Of a DNA stretch of 64,000 nt, positions 37,453 through 50,273 are shown piece by piece. Made by a program: the position numbers and the translations under genes. The stretch comes from Malacoraja senta (lineage: Eukaryota). The notes below the pieces were generated by a model that saw only the letters and a program-made list of their open reading frames with translations, made no database searches and was not told where the DNA came from. Position 1 is the first letter of the stretch; each line of letters opens with the position of its first letter. The stretch is from contig CM075981.1 of assembly GCA_038087875.1 (NCBI GenBank), forward strand, positions 60,946,001 to 61,010,000, given 5' to 3'.

Positions 37453-37605
37453 GCCAATGGACTTCTTCGTGCCAAAATAAATATTTGGCAGGATAAGTGC
37501 TTGGATGCCACAAAGGTCCCGGACTTCTTGAATGAAGATGATAGCAGCTTCCCATCATATCCATCCAAAACTCCTCAACCTTCTCCAATGATAGGAAGAT
37601 ACTCT
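37453..37605 (+). CDS. BAIAP2L1: BAIAP2L1 coding exon (about exon 8): ANGLLRAKINIWQDKCLDATKVPDFLNEDDSSFPSYPSKTPQPSPMIGRYS
   Basis: cacttag acceptor, gtgagt donor, 153 nt; WQ..C.DA.KVP and TPQ.SPMI match IRTKS. Confidence 0.92.
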
Positions 37606-38552
37606 GTGAGTAGCTGACTTTGGCAAGAGAGGAGGGAAATGTTTATTAAAATATCTTTGTTGTACAAGTAATCATAAAATCCCAAATAATAGTATACTTT
37701 CTATATTTTATCTTTATCCTTTAGAATTAGGAGTGAATATGGAATGGTAGGATAGGCCCAAAGGGTTTTATGTTCCATTTGGCTAGTTCAAAATGAGACA
37801 AAGACAGAAAAGAGGAAATTTCAAAGAAGGATGAAGAAGGGTCCTGACCTGAAACATTGCTTATTCATGTCCTTTGTATTCTAAACTACAAATCAGTTAG
37901 CTTAACATCTGCCACAGAAATAAGTTAGACATTGTTATTGAATACATTATAGTCGGACACTGAGAAAAGTTGAAGGTAAGGTTTTTTGAAAGAAAAATAA
38001 TGCTTTCCCATCTTTTTGAGTTCTTCATGCATTATTATTTAAAAAATGGTTGTAAGCGAGTGAGCAAAGTGAGCTTCATAGACTAGCTAGTCCTGTTCTT
38101 GCCCAGTATCCCCACAAGTACTTTATAGGATAGATATTAACAGGGGAATCATAATTATCTTTTCTCTTTTGGTGAAGGTGATTATTTTATTCTGACTGCA
38201 TGAAATGAGTAAAACTTCATTTTCTCCACTTGCAAATAATGTAATAATCATGGAAAAGTTATTATCTTTGTTTGTTTAACGTCTTGGAATTGTGTAAAGA
38301 TACAATTTGTGCGACAGAGCTTAAGGAAGACTTAATTTCATGATTTCCAAATGCGATTCAAAGCTCTGTTTTGGATGATGTTGTTAAAAATAGCTTCTGA
38401 ATTCTATGAACACTGAGTAATTCCGAGTAGAAAACTCCATCCACCATACAGGACAAAATAAATGTCTTTATTCGTAGGATCTTTAAACATTTTATTTTGC
38501 TTGTTCAAAACAATCAAATCTTCAGGCATACATAGCTAGTTAATAGCTTTTA

Positions 38553-38692
38553 GATACATAGAAAATAGGTGCAGGAGTAGGCCATTCGGCCCTTCGAGCC
38601 TGCACCGCCATTCAATATGATCATGGCTGATCATCCAACTCAGTATCCCGTACCTGCCTTCTCTCCTGTATCCCGTACCTGCCTTTTCCTGT
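38553..38692 (-). mobile_element. CR1 3' tail fragment ending in a ~25-bp tandem duplication
   Basis: catagaaaataggtgcaggagtaggccattcggcccttcgagcc, near-identical to 57866-57970; gtatcccgtacctgcctt repeated. Confidence 0.85.
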
Positions 38693-39490
38693 AATTAGGG
38701 CTGGTTATTTTCAATAACATGTCAAATTCTCATGGGAAATTCTTAGTTCAAAATAAATATTTGACCAAACATTTCTAGTTAATGCTACAAATCACAATGG
38801 TGTGAAGGTGCTTTACAATTCAAGACCTGTGAAAGAGACAGTGGGGTTATAGATAGAAAATAATATTGATTCTCAAATAATTAGTTGCACAGTTTAAAAC
38901 AAATTCCTGTGAAACTTCAGTTGTTATGAAATTCTGTAGGATTTTAACACCAATTGGAAAATAGAAGAAGAGCATTTCTTTAGACAAAAGCATATTTTTG
39001 TGATTGTGTGCATTTGTCTTGTTTGTTTTTCATTCTGGTATTTCTGTGGTACAGATCATGTGCACCCCTCACTATTAAACTTTACAGAAGGCTTCCTTAA
39101 ATTTAATTACACTTTATTCTCTAAACAAATCCTGAGGCCTAATGAGGCAGGCACTAATCCTAAGGAGTGATGTTAGCTCATTAATACTAAATTATCATAC
39201 TAAATGTTTTCTTGCTAGTTTCTAATAATACCATTATTTATTTTCCCAGTTCTTAATGTAATACAGATGGGTCTTGTTATCATGGTCAGATGTCACTATA
39301 ATAAAATACACTTTAGCATGCATAATGTCTAAGTAAAGGTGACCAAGCTCCCATCGTTTAACAATATGTCTATCAGGCCCTTGTTCTTTAACATGTGTAG
39401 AAGAAAGAAATGCCCCAACCAGAAATGTTTTAATGAAGATATACCAAACTATTTTAAGTAAGCAAGAAGATAATGATAATGGTTTTCCAG

Positions 39491-39632
39491 GTACATGATC
39501 CTACATTACAGAACAATATAAAAATACCACCAGCTCCTCCTGGAAGAATTCAGAAAAGTCTTCTGCCAGATATGTTCAACCACCCAAATGCACAGCGCAT
39601 AGCCTCGATTGAGAGAAATACCGAATCCACAG
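39491..39632 (+). CDS. BAIAP2L1: BAIAP2L1 coding exon (about exon 9): VHDPTLQNNIKIPPAPPGRIQKSLLPDMFNHPNAQRIASIERNTEST
   Basis: ttttccag acceptor, G|gtaagg donor, 142 nt, phase 0-1; K.PPAP.GR...L.DMFN.P matches IRTKS. Confidence 0.88.
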
Positions 39633-39879
39633 GTAAGGAGTGGAATTTAATAAATACCCCCTTAGTACCAGTAGAATCTAAGCAAGCTTGTCTACTTGAT
39701 CCATTATTAATGTGATCTGTGCATTTCCATGCAAAGCTGTATATCAACCATTGATTACCAATCTCTAATTACCAGTGAGAGATTTGTTGATCTTGAGGGA
39801 TTGAATATGTGCTGGATCAATCTGCATAATGACTTGAGTTTATTTTACAATTTACCTGTATTACATCAATACTAGAAAA

Positions 39880-40030
39880 TTGACACAAAAAGCTGGAGTA
39901 ACAGCAGGTCAGGTGACATTTCGGAAATCCATTTTTCCTATTTTTCTGCAGAGATGCTGCCTAACCGGCTGAGTTACTCCTGCTTTTTGTGTCTATGGTA
40001 TAAACCAGCATGTGCAGTTCCTTCTTACAC
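39880..40030. repeat. PLE-derived fold-back repeat with imperfect TSD (attacatca.tac.aga)
   Basis: gacacaaaagctggagtaac / gttactcctgctttttgtgtc arms. Confidence 0.75.
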
Positions 40031-40656
40031 ATTACATCATACAAGATTATTTCAATTGGTATTAAGTGAAGCAAGATTACCTCTTTTGCTTAACATTTGC
40101 TTAACATTTGTTTTTTTTAAGTAAATCTTGCAGTTTTGGATAACTGGAGATGTTAATATTCTGCTGGATGGAATCACAGTTAGTTTCTTTATGATTTTGG
40201 AGCAGTGGATTTCATTTGCAGGAAGTTAGCTCAGTGACTTCTAGTGTATATGTTGAAGAACATGGAAGATAAAAACGTCCTCATGCTGGAAAATGAAATT
40301 AAAGTATACCATACTGTTTACTAAGACATCTTAAAACTCTTGAACTATCTGAAATGAATTTTGGCTTATTTGTTTCATTCTACAAAGTAATTGCACAGAA
40401 AAGTTTAAGGTATAACTTAAGGATTGTGAATTCCTACTTTTCACTTTCTTAAAAAAAAATATTATAAAACTTTTAATTTCAAGCCAAGTGAACATGTTAC
40501 ATAAATTCATTCTGCTGCCTTTAACTAACTTGTTATGTTTGGAGTTTGTAATTGCCCTGAATTGAATTATAGTTGAATAATTGAATTTGTTGCAATGGTA
40601 TGATATCGATATTAAAAAGATCTTGCAGTAATGAATTTAATGTACTTTTTCTACAG

Positions 40657-40855
40657 AGGATATCGGTCTATCAAGATCAATTTCTGTTGCAACTGGACTG
40701 AACATGGTTCAAAGGCCAAAAGTGAAAAGCATTTTTCCACACACTGCAGAAAATAACAAGAATATGTTGAGCTTTGCAGAAGGGGATGTACTAACACTTC
40801 TAATACCAGAAGAAAAGGATGGCTGGCTGTATGGAGAACATGATATAACCAAACT
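40657..40855 (+). CDS. BAIAP2L1: BAIAP2L1 coding exon (about exon 10), SH3 domain: (E)[65 protein letters not shown](L)
   Basis: tttttctacag acceptor, gtgagt donor, 199 nt, phase 1-2; SH3 motifs LSF..GD and GWLYGE. Confidence 0.96.
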
Positions 40856-40942
40856 GTGAGTTCACATTTGCCTTAAATCATTACAACATAAGAATTATTA
40901 TATTGGTAATGCATTAAAAATGTAGTAGAAGAACATTCAACA

Positions 40943-41160
40943 GTTAGTTACAAACTGCTGGAGTAACTCAGCGGGTCAAGCAGCATCTCGGGAGAACATG
41001 GATAGGTGGCTTTTTGGGTAGGAACTCTTCCTCTGTCTGAGAAAGGGTCCCGACTTGAAATGTCTTACATCCACATTCTCCAGAGATGCTGCCTGACCTG
41101 CGAAATTACTCCAGCACTGTGTCCTTTTGTGTAAGCCAGCATCTGCAGTTCCTCGTTTCT
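40943..41160. repeat. PLE-derived fold-back repeat with ~11-bp TSD (acaYtcaacag)
   Basis: tgctggagtaactcagcgggtcaagcagcatctc / gagatgctgcctgacctgcgaaattactccagca arms; degenerate hammerhead-like core at the centre. Confidence 0.78.
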
Positions 41161-42774
41161 ACACTCAACAGACATTGATTCACTCCTCAATGAGCTCGAC
41201 TGCATCTTGTAACCTGCCATCTCTCTTTTGTACTGACACTGTGCAAAGAACATTTTATCAACCTCAATCCCATTCCCACCCTAACAGTTAGGCCCCTAAC
41301 AGAGAGAGTTTATAGCCAATACAGTTGGACCTTTCCTGTATCTTACATTTCCATTCAGGCATGTAGTACTTGAGAGACGAGAGATCCTTCTCCCTAAACA
41401 CAATCCCAACAGAACCTAAATTGACGAGATGCAGTTTGTGCCAAAATTGCTATTGTCTCTTGACCATGGTGAAAATTTAGTCCTATTGTGACTAATTCTG
41501 GACTAAAGCAAAAATCAACATTGTACAAATAGAATAAAAGTGGGGATTGTATTGTTTAATCTTTCTGGAAGCGTAGGTTCATGTATTATGGCCTGTTTCA
41601 TAGCAACTCTCATGTATTAACAAGATTAAAAAATGAAAGACTTGCATTTATTGTGGTAAAAGTTCTCTTCCATACTGTACAGTTAACCTTTAGATGGTAA
41701 CTATTCTAAAGTGAGAAACATGATGGCCAGTTTGCACATAACAGATGCTTCAAGCTCCAATAAACAGCAATGTGATAGTCACCAGATAGATAATCTGTTT
41801 TTTTGATGTTGATAGGTTTGAATGAATAATTGCTATATTGGATGGTTAGGACCATAAATGTAAAACCGTGGAAAGGGGTTCATGATGTTTATTTATACAA
41901 GATACATTTTCTTTATTTAAAACTAGTATAGCAATGCTTTGATTTTAATCTACTCGTGGAGATTTCTTTCAATTCAGTCTTGTGAATTTGTGTAGCAAGG
42001 CATCTGTAGGAGCAAACTAGTAATATCCAAGATTCCCTGCTAATTTGGTATCTGAGTTAAATTATTCTAATTTGCTTGGTCAATAGAGTGACAATTTATC
42101 CTTAATAAATAAACATGAAAATATCTCTATGAATTGTTAACTTTTTTCTCTCTCCACACATCCTGTCTGACCCACATTCAAGTATTTTCTATGATTTCAG
42201 ATTTGCAGAAACTGCAGTATTATCTACACAATTCAGCACTTTTTTCTTTCCTTTGTTATCCTTCTTAAATCTGGACTGATCAACCATAACTAACTAGTGT
42301 TCACCACCCTCTCTCAAATGGCAGCACTTCCCTTTTCATTATTTAGTTTGGTGGTCTATTGGTTATCATAAAACTTTTTTTTCTCTCTTCTCGTCTTTCG
42401 GTTTCATACAATTTATAACATGTTTGCTTTCCATTTCTTCCTGTTCCTAATGATAGGTCATCAATCTAAAATGTTAACTGTTTCTTTCTCCATGGATGCT
42501 GCATGGGCTACTGAATATTTCCAGCATTTTTCTGCTTCTATTTCAGATTTGCAGCTACTGTATTTTCATTTTGCTTTTCAGTTGTTCAAGGTGTTTTAGT
42601 GGAGTAGTTCACAAAGCATACTGTTTAATAATTTGTTTACAATTTTTTATGTATTGTAAATCAAGAAAAGGCTGATCTGCATTAATATGTTAACTTAAGA
42701 TTTCACAGGCTATAAAGATACAATTGGAGTTTTTCCATATGCACTGTCATTAGGAAATGTTCCTGCAACGTTAT

Positions 42775-43215
42775 GGGCGGCGCAATGTAGGGTTACTGCT
42801 CTAAAGCACCAGGGACCCAGGATCGATTCAGACATTGGGTACTATCTGTGTGGAGTTTGTATATTCTCCCTGTGACCGTGTGGAGTTCCTTGGTGGGGGG
42901 GGGGGGGGGGGGAGAGAGGAGAAAGGCATACGGGGTTATAGGTTAGACATAAAGAACTGCAGATGCTGGTTAATGAAAAAATACAAGTGCTGAAGTAACT
43001 CAGTAGGTCAGGCAGCATCTGTGGAGAACATGGATAGGTGACGTTTAGGGTCAGGACCCTTCTACAGACTGATTTTGTAGGTAATTTGCCTCTGTAAATT
43101 GCCACTGGTGTGCAATGAGTTGTTGAAAAATGGTGGGTAACATAGAACTGGTGTGAACTCGGTCGACGTGAACTCGGTTGACCCAAGAGCCTGTTTCCAT
43201 GCAGTATCTCTAAAC
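42775..43215 (+). mobile_element. HE1/V-type SINE with nested PLE-derived repeat (about 42945-43070)
   Basis: gggcggcgcaatg head, tgtgtggagtttg...ctccctgtgacc domain, tail gcctgtttccatgcagtatctctaaac. Confidence 0.75.
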
Positions 43216-43756
43216 AATGTAAAGCCCTCACTGTAAGACTTAAGCAATAGGCTCTGCAACAGTGTTTGTGTTTATATCAACTTGGTCATTAATGTACTGT
43301 AGTGAAATATGAACAGAAAGTGCATGAATAATTTATAACTATGACTTCTTGTGCTTAATGAGAGAGAGTGCAATTTATTATGCATGATATCCAGTAGACT
43401 TAGGTGAAAGTCATATTCCTGTTATATAACTACAAATCTTTTTGGCATGTCAAAAGATGTTGAATGGTCTTCATTGATGGTCTTCATAGTCTATTTGAAG
43501 GATCCTCTTGCACAGGAAGCTAGAAATCTAGTAAACTCTTCCTCAAAATCCATTGAACTATTTTAACAATGACAGCTAATTTAAGATCCACCTTCAGTGA
43601 AAAATAAATGTGAAGATTTAGTGCAGGTCAAATTTTAAGACTAGCTCAGACTTGGAATGTTGTAAATACATGGAATTTCAAAAAGAATTGCTGTTCTTGA
43701 AGATGTTTGTTCTTTTAAAAGGGTTTAATTACAATATTTTTATTCCTTCTGAACAG

Positions 43757-43825
43757 GAGAGGTTGGTTTCCGACTTCCTACACCAGGCCAATAGAACAAG
43801 CTCCAGATATGTCACCTGCACTCAG
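43757..43825 (+). CDS. BAIAP2L1: BAIAP2L1 coding exon (about exon 11), end of SH3: RGWFPTSYTRPIEQAPDMSPAL(S)
   Basis: ctgaacag acceptor, ag|gtaata donor, 69 nt, phase 2-2; GWFP.SY SH3 motif. Confidence 0.94.
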
Positions 43826-44224
43826 GTAATACATGTTAAAGCAAATGTATTATTAGAAACCTTTCGTGTTAGGAAAAAAATTCTCACAATTTTCTTTTAT
43901 TTAAGTATAAATTTCTACTTCCAGTTTTAAGCAACTGCAGAAAGTATTTATTTCACAACTTGTTGGTCATTTAATGTTTGCATATCTTAGAACTTACTGT
44001 TGCAGGTTAGTAGAGGATCATCTTAGATGTTAAGTGAAAGGTAATTTTTCTGGTATGCATCAACAAATAAGTCAATATTATTTTGGATGTCTGCTTAGGA
44101 TTATGTGTGTGCAAACATCATCTGCGTACCACAGTTCAATGGTTAAAGTTATAGTGGTATTAGATCTGGAATGGAGGTAACATGGGTTGAACAATTCCCC
44201 TTTTTTCCCTGTAGATTGGCTCCT

Positions 44225-44450
44225 AAGAACATAAGAAACAGGAGTAGGCCATTTGGCCCTTCCAGCCTTCTCTGCTATTCACCAAGGTTGTGTCTAATCT
44301 TCTATTTCATCGCTATTTTCCTGCACTGTCCCTGTATCCTTTGATTTCTCAAATATCTTGAATAAACTCAGTCAACTGAGCCTCCAATGCCCTCCGCGCT
44401 GGAGAATCCCAAAAATTCACCACACTGAGTGAAGAAATTTCTCTTTGTCT
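44225..44450 (-). mobile_element. CR1 3' tail fragment
   Basis: taagaacataagaaacaggagtaggccatttggccc...aaattcaccac..gagtgaagaaatttctc. Confidence 0.75.
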
Positions 44451-45149
44451 TGCGACAGGCTTCGAGTTTCTAAAAATAATGTTTCTTGGCAGCTCTTCAC
44501 ATCTACTGTGCAAACTGACATAAGTATTACAATTGTATCAACTTTAAGATCCAAGCTTGCAGGAAATGTATACATTTTTTTCTACAGAATTTTAGTAAAA
44601 CTACAATAATTTTAATTGCGATTGAATGCAGAAGGCGTTCTCCGGAATTAACAGTTCTGCTACTCTTTTGATTCTATGATTTCTCGCTATTCCAAACTCC
44701 AGTTCATAATCATGAAACAGCAGTTTGTAATAATTACTTTGAGGCAGAATTTAATCTCACCTAATTTAGGTGGAGAAGGTAAATGCTTGGAGAAGTTTTG
44801 CAGACTTGATTAACATAAAGATGGAAATGCCTTCATTTTGAAGGAGCAATGTAGTTTATCCAGATCTCAATATATCCTACTGAAATATTATTCTGAGTCG
44901 CCTGGCTCAGTAAATGCATCCAACAGATCTGTCTCTGCTGATAATCAGTAATCCCTAAATGAGATGGGCACTCTTTTTATTTGTGTATTGACTATTATAC
45001 TTAAAAGAGTTGAAGACTTTGACCATATTTATTATGTACTGTGACAATCTGACATAGTAATTATAGTTGGGTGGGGCAGAGAAGTCGCCATCTGGATCTG
45101 CAATCTCAACTTTCAGTGGGAGTTGTCAGACAACTTTGTGCAAGGAGGA

Positions 45150-45660
45150 GGCACAGGCAACTGCAGATGTTGGAATCTTGGACAAAACACAAAGTTCTGG
45201 ATGAACACAAGTCAGGCAGCATCTCTGTGGGGGGGAGCTGGAAAAATGGTGGAGATGGGACAAAGCCTGGCAAGTGATAGGTGGATACAGGTGAGGAGGA
45301 AGGTTGATAGGCCTTTTGCCAAGTAACAAAGGCTAATGATGAAAACAAAACAAAAGGGTGTTGGATAAGGAGAGGAGGATGAATTAAATGCAAAGCCAGA
45401 AGGTGGTAATTGGGTAGAAGGGGAGGGGGGGATAAAAGAAAAATGAGGGACTCTGATATGGGAGATGAGTGTACGAAGGAGGGGAAAGGAGTAGAGCGAC
45501 TGGGGTGGCATAATGGAAGAAATTGGTGCACAGTGGTGTGGGGAGGAACTGGAAAGGGTGATGTGGTAGGTAGGGTATTATTTAATACTGGAGAATTCAA
45601 TATTCATACCATTGGGTGTGGTAAGCTTTCCATGTGGAATATAAGGTGCTGTCTTTCTTG
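45150..45660 (-). mobile_element. Penelope-like element 3' end (ORF C-terminus, purine/pyrimidine-skewed UTR, terminal repeat unit)
   Basis: Reverse complement cagcaccttatattccacatggaaagctta..cccaatggtatgaatattgaattctcc resembles QHLIF.(L)GSL.PNGMNIEFS; ends in cagagatgctgcctgac...ccaacatctgcagtt, the same unit as the short repeats. Confidence 0.75.
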
Positions 45661-46469
45661 ATAAAGGTCACTCATATTACATAACTTTTTCAATTTTTAA
45701 GGTCAAAATTGCTTTTGATGATAAAGCCTGTGCAGTATGCTTCTCTTGAGGCTTATAATTCAATAATAAAAATATGTTAGGTGATTGTATAATCCTTGAG
45801 AAGAAATTATGTCATTTTTGTCTAAACCTGCAATTTTCATTTTAAATCAATCAATATAAAGGTTAATGTATATAAATTATTTTATACAAATTCTTCCCAT
45901 TTCATTTGAGGTCTGTCTTCTATCAATTAACCTGTTCCTGAAATGATGTTATCATACCCAATGATTTGTGTTAAGTAAGCATCTATTACATTTAATTGTG
46001 GTAAAATCCAGCACTGCCACTTTGCTGCATGTAAATAATGAATTCAAGATCACTATAGTACAGAATGTTACAACAAGTGCATTAATATATTTTAAGGGTA
46101 TCAGAAATATCTTCCAAGAACAATTGATATAGCTATTCGAAATGAAATCTTAAATATAGAGAGATCAGCAAAAAGTTACTGCCCCAACACGCAGGAATTT
46201 AAATTAAGAAATCTGGGTGGGTTTTTCAGCTGAAATAATTACGAACAAGTGACCATTGATCCAAGTGCAGTGGAGGACGTTTGCCATTAGTTTTGTCTTG
46301 TGAGTAGATGGGTATTTTAATGCAGCTTTTGAATCCTTCATATTATATGCCCCAAACCAGAAGCTTTAAAAAAAAAAAAAAAAACATCATGCCAATCAGT
46401 TTAAATCTATGCCATCTGGTATTTGCAATTTTAGTCACGTAAAGAAAATCAAAACATTGATTTCAATAG

Positions 46470-46830
46470 TGCCATTCTAGTCGCTTTCAGAATGGTTCAA
46501 AGTGCTTTACAGTTTGTGAGCAAGCTGCTCATTTGAAGTGTCTTCATTCCTGTAATATTGGAATGCAGCAGCCAACTATATCACAAATTCCCTCAAACAG
46601 GTGTGATATTCACCAAATATATATTAATAGCTGTGAACTGAGCAATTCTCTCCAGGACCTAAGGATAGATTCTATGTTCTAAATCATACCAGAGAGGCTA
46701 GTTGAACCTCGGTTTAATAATGTATCTAAGGGGTGGCATGTCCAACAGTGCAGCACTCGCTTCACACCTGATTAACCTATTAACTGGACTGAGATCCCTG
46801 AGAATGCTGCCAACCAAGCAATTTTGACAG
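46470..46830 (-). mobile_element. Old Deu-domain-like SINE
   Basis: caaagtgctttacag...tgtaatattggaatgcagcagccaa...cctcggtttaa...ggcatgtccaacagtgcagcactc. Confidence 0.55.
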
Positions 46831-49028
46831 CTGCACCCCATCAATGATGACTAGTTGTATGTAATTTATATTGACATTTTCAGCCAGTACAGGTGCACCA
46901 CTGATTTTCCGGCACCCTTGGTTCAAGAGCCTTGCTATATTATCCGTTTTGCCCGGCCAACAGAAGTCGCGTAATAATTATACACCAATACACCTCTGAC
47001 CCACTGTGGACTGCTGGGAGCTTCAGTAAAACAAATATTAAGTATAAATTTATTTTACAGCAAAACTTGCATTTCTTGCATGGGCAGCCAGGGCACCAGT
47101 TAATAAGCTGCCCTCGGAAGTGCAATGAGAGTCGGATCAGCAGTCACTCACGGGTCCGCGTTGCTGCTATCCGGCAGGACTACCAGGCCGACCCCCACCT
47201 GCCCGAGATTTGCTTAATCTGCCTTAAATGCGATAGGGCAGATGTTCAAACTCCAAGCAGATGGCACTAGAGATCAGGATTGAATCTGAGTTGCTCGAGT
47301 TGTGAAGCAGCAGGTCTCCAACTACTTGCTGCCCATACCTAGAGATGAAGCTATGAAGCCTGTTTCCACTCAGTATGTGAAGGCATATGTATGAAGTATT
47401 CTGTGGGGCAATTGCATTACTTGTATACATGCTCTCTGAGCTTCAAAGCAGGGGTAGCAGTATCGACAAATTCTAAAGCCACTTCTCTGAAACAACAATT
47501 TGCAAGGAGTTTATACTTCATCATACTAAAATTGTCAAACTTCCTGTATTCTTTCAATTGTGCATTCTGGTTAAACTGATTCCAACTCTTCAAGTAAATT
47601 CTGATAGAGCAAACTTAGATGGTATAAACAATGTTGGAATTTTTGAAACAACATTGTTTGCATGCTAAAGCAATGAATTGAGTAACTTAAAACTGCAGTT
47701 AATGCTACGGAAAAATTGGGTTATCCTTCAAGTCTTGCGGTATTTGGAATAATCTTTAGAAACACAACCTTTTAGAGTAGAATCATTTTATAAAGACCAG
47801 ATAAAAAGGATCATGAATTTTACAAAAGTCTTATAACTAGTTGTAATGTTATTTAAGCTGATTTAATCTTACAGTAGGCTCTGCTTCTTATTGGCTAGCA
47901 GAGCCACAGTGCTTTCTATAATACAGTGAGGAACAAAACACATTATTTTTGATGGATGTGATGTGCAAACTCTGATTGCTGTCTATCGTGTTCCTATGGC
48001 ATTCTACTGTGCATGAGTTTAAATCACAAATTATAGAGGGCATTTGGCTATTAGGCATGCTATTTGGGGGGGGGGAATCTAGTTATTCCCCCTCCCCCCA
48101 CATAGATCTGCATTTCCCCCCCTTATTGAGTATTCAATTCAATGCTGTTGAATGTTGACGCTTTCTCCATTGTCCTTATAAAGTAATACATTCCAGATCA
48201 CAAATTTACATTTAAAAAAACAAATTCCCTTCATTTTTCTCTACCTTCCCCTACCCCCAAGTTATCTATCCTATTTGTGTCTCCCCTTCAAAGCTCCTCA
48301 TAATTTTAAATATTTTTATTAAATCTCTCCTAAACCCCCTCTACTCTCAAACCAGCTTTCCTCATTTCTTCACACAACAGAAGTCCCTGATTCCAACTAT
48401 TTGAGGCAGTTATTGATTCACAATAATTACTGTGTAGTTGCTATCACTGCTTCTACATATTGTATTTATTTTTCCTTTGAGACAATTTAGAATTACAGAA
48501 TGGAATTTTCTAATGGTGATGGATTGACCTCTATGCCAAACTGAAATCTTTTGTGCCTTATTTTCTGGGTTTCATCCATTTCCTGGAGAGGTAAACTTTC
48601 ATTATCCAGGGAGAAACAGCTCTTTATTTTTCATAATATGTCAACCTATCTTGGGGATTTGAACATGAGGCAAGTTTTTATTTTGTAAATCACTTGTATT
48701 CAGTGACCAAGGTTTGTATTGCAAACATGGATTCAGGATTTCATGGAAGTGTTGCACAGTGGTTGAAGTTGCTATGTTTTTTATTTCACTCTGGTCAGTT
48801 AAGTTCATAAATATCTTGCATTTTTATGGCTGCCATGAGGTTGACTATCACATAATAGAACTTCTGATATCTATGTTAAAAGTAGTCCAAGTAATATTCT
48901 CTTGTAGCCATAAATCATTTGTTCTAATTGTACCTCATAATAATGTAATTTCAAATTTGATATTTAGATATTATTAACACTGGCACAGTGGAAAGTAGAA
49001 CTCTTCACAAATTTAGATTTTCACTTTT

Positions 49029-49493
49029 TTTTAATTTTTTTAAAATATTTTTATTTTATTAGAAGTAAGTACAATCATATGGCACCAAAGTGCCTAATAT
49101 ATAATGACATAATACATTTTATGTACTGCTTCTTATTTTTTTTATTATGATAAAGAAGAATAAGAAAAAGAAAGTAGATAGTAAAAGATATAAAAACGTG
49201 AGATATATAGTGTGTGAAAAAGAAAAAAAGAGTGAAAGAAGAAAATTGAAGAAAAGAAAATAGAAAAAAGAGAGTAGAAAATAAAAAAAGAAAAGTAAGG
49301 AGATCATTATTTATAATCTTGCACCATCCCTCACCCAGTCCTGGGACAGTTAGCTTCTACAATTGTGTTGCACCATATGATTCCAAAAAGACGACAAATG
49401 GAGACCAACTCGTTAATAATTGGTCTGATTTATCTATTAGGAGGAATCACATTTCCTCAAGATGTGCAGTGTCCAACATGCTTGAAATCCACA
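49029..49493 (-). mobile_element. 5'-truncated L1-clade LINE 3' end with poly(A) and TSD
   Basis: Minus strand encodes WISSMLDTAHLEEM*FLLIDKSDQLLTSWSPFVVFL (L1 ORF2 C-terminus-like); A-rich tail; TSD tttcactttt at 49019-49028 and 49494-49503; target reads TT/AAAA on the element strand. Confidence 0.7.
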
Positions 49494-49511
49494 TTTCACT
49501 TTTAAATACCA

Positions 49512-50232
49512 CTAGACCAAGTGGAACCCTTTGGGTCTAGTGGTATTTGCGGGGGGGGGGGGGTGGCGGCCTACGGCATCACACCCCCACTAACCACCCC
49601 CACACACACACTAACCACCCCCCTTGATATATTAATATTATTAATTCACTTCTTTTACCCCATCCCCCACCCTATCCACTCATGCATAGCCCCCAACTCA
49701 CAGGCGCTGCTAGATAGGGAGCGGGGTAGAGAGGGCAGGGGGCAGAGGCAGAGAGCGGCATCAACCTCCCCACCATGCGCCGACACGAGGACCCCGAGTG
49801 AGGCGGCGAGTGGGCGGGCGACCGTCGACCAAAGGACCGCGAGTTGGGCCGCCACAGTCTTCAGCTATGATCTTTGGTCTTCAGTCCAGGGCCCGACTTC
49901 ATCTCCGGCAGCGTCTTTTCAATAACGGGGGGGGGGGTGGAGGGAGGGTTGGGGGGGTGACATCACTTGCAGTGCGAGGAAGAAGGCACGCAGACCCATT
50001 GTGAAAGACAGTCATTTTTAAATTCAAAGTTTTGTCAGAGTTTTGAACATTTTCATTAATAACTCGAGAAATAAAGCATGAAATTTTCAGATATGGCGAT
50101 TTTGGACTTCACGGGAAAAATGTCTACTGGAATAGGTTAAATTTTTACCGTTACCGTGTCATTTTTTTCGAGAAGATATGATTATACACACACATATCCA
50201 CATACAAGATGAGATTTTTATAAGTATAGAGA
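49512..50232 (-). mobile_element. Non-autonomous Helitron (second subfamily)
   Basis: Minus strand A|TCtctatacttataaaaatctcatcttg 5' end resembles the 12222 element; 3' end gaccc-aaa-gggttccacttggtCTAG|T resembles gggtcccacttagtCTAG|T; GC-rich interior. Confidence 0.8.
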
Positions 50233-50273
50233 TGATATTAAAAACAGCTGTGAATATTTTATGTTCTTCATTG

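Noticed and set aside
46888-47270. TA-caggtgcaccactgattttccggcaccc as a Tigger/pogo-like MITE end
   Set aside because: No matching right TIR could be found, so it is not supported well enough to call.
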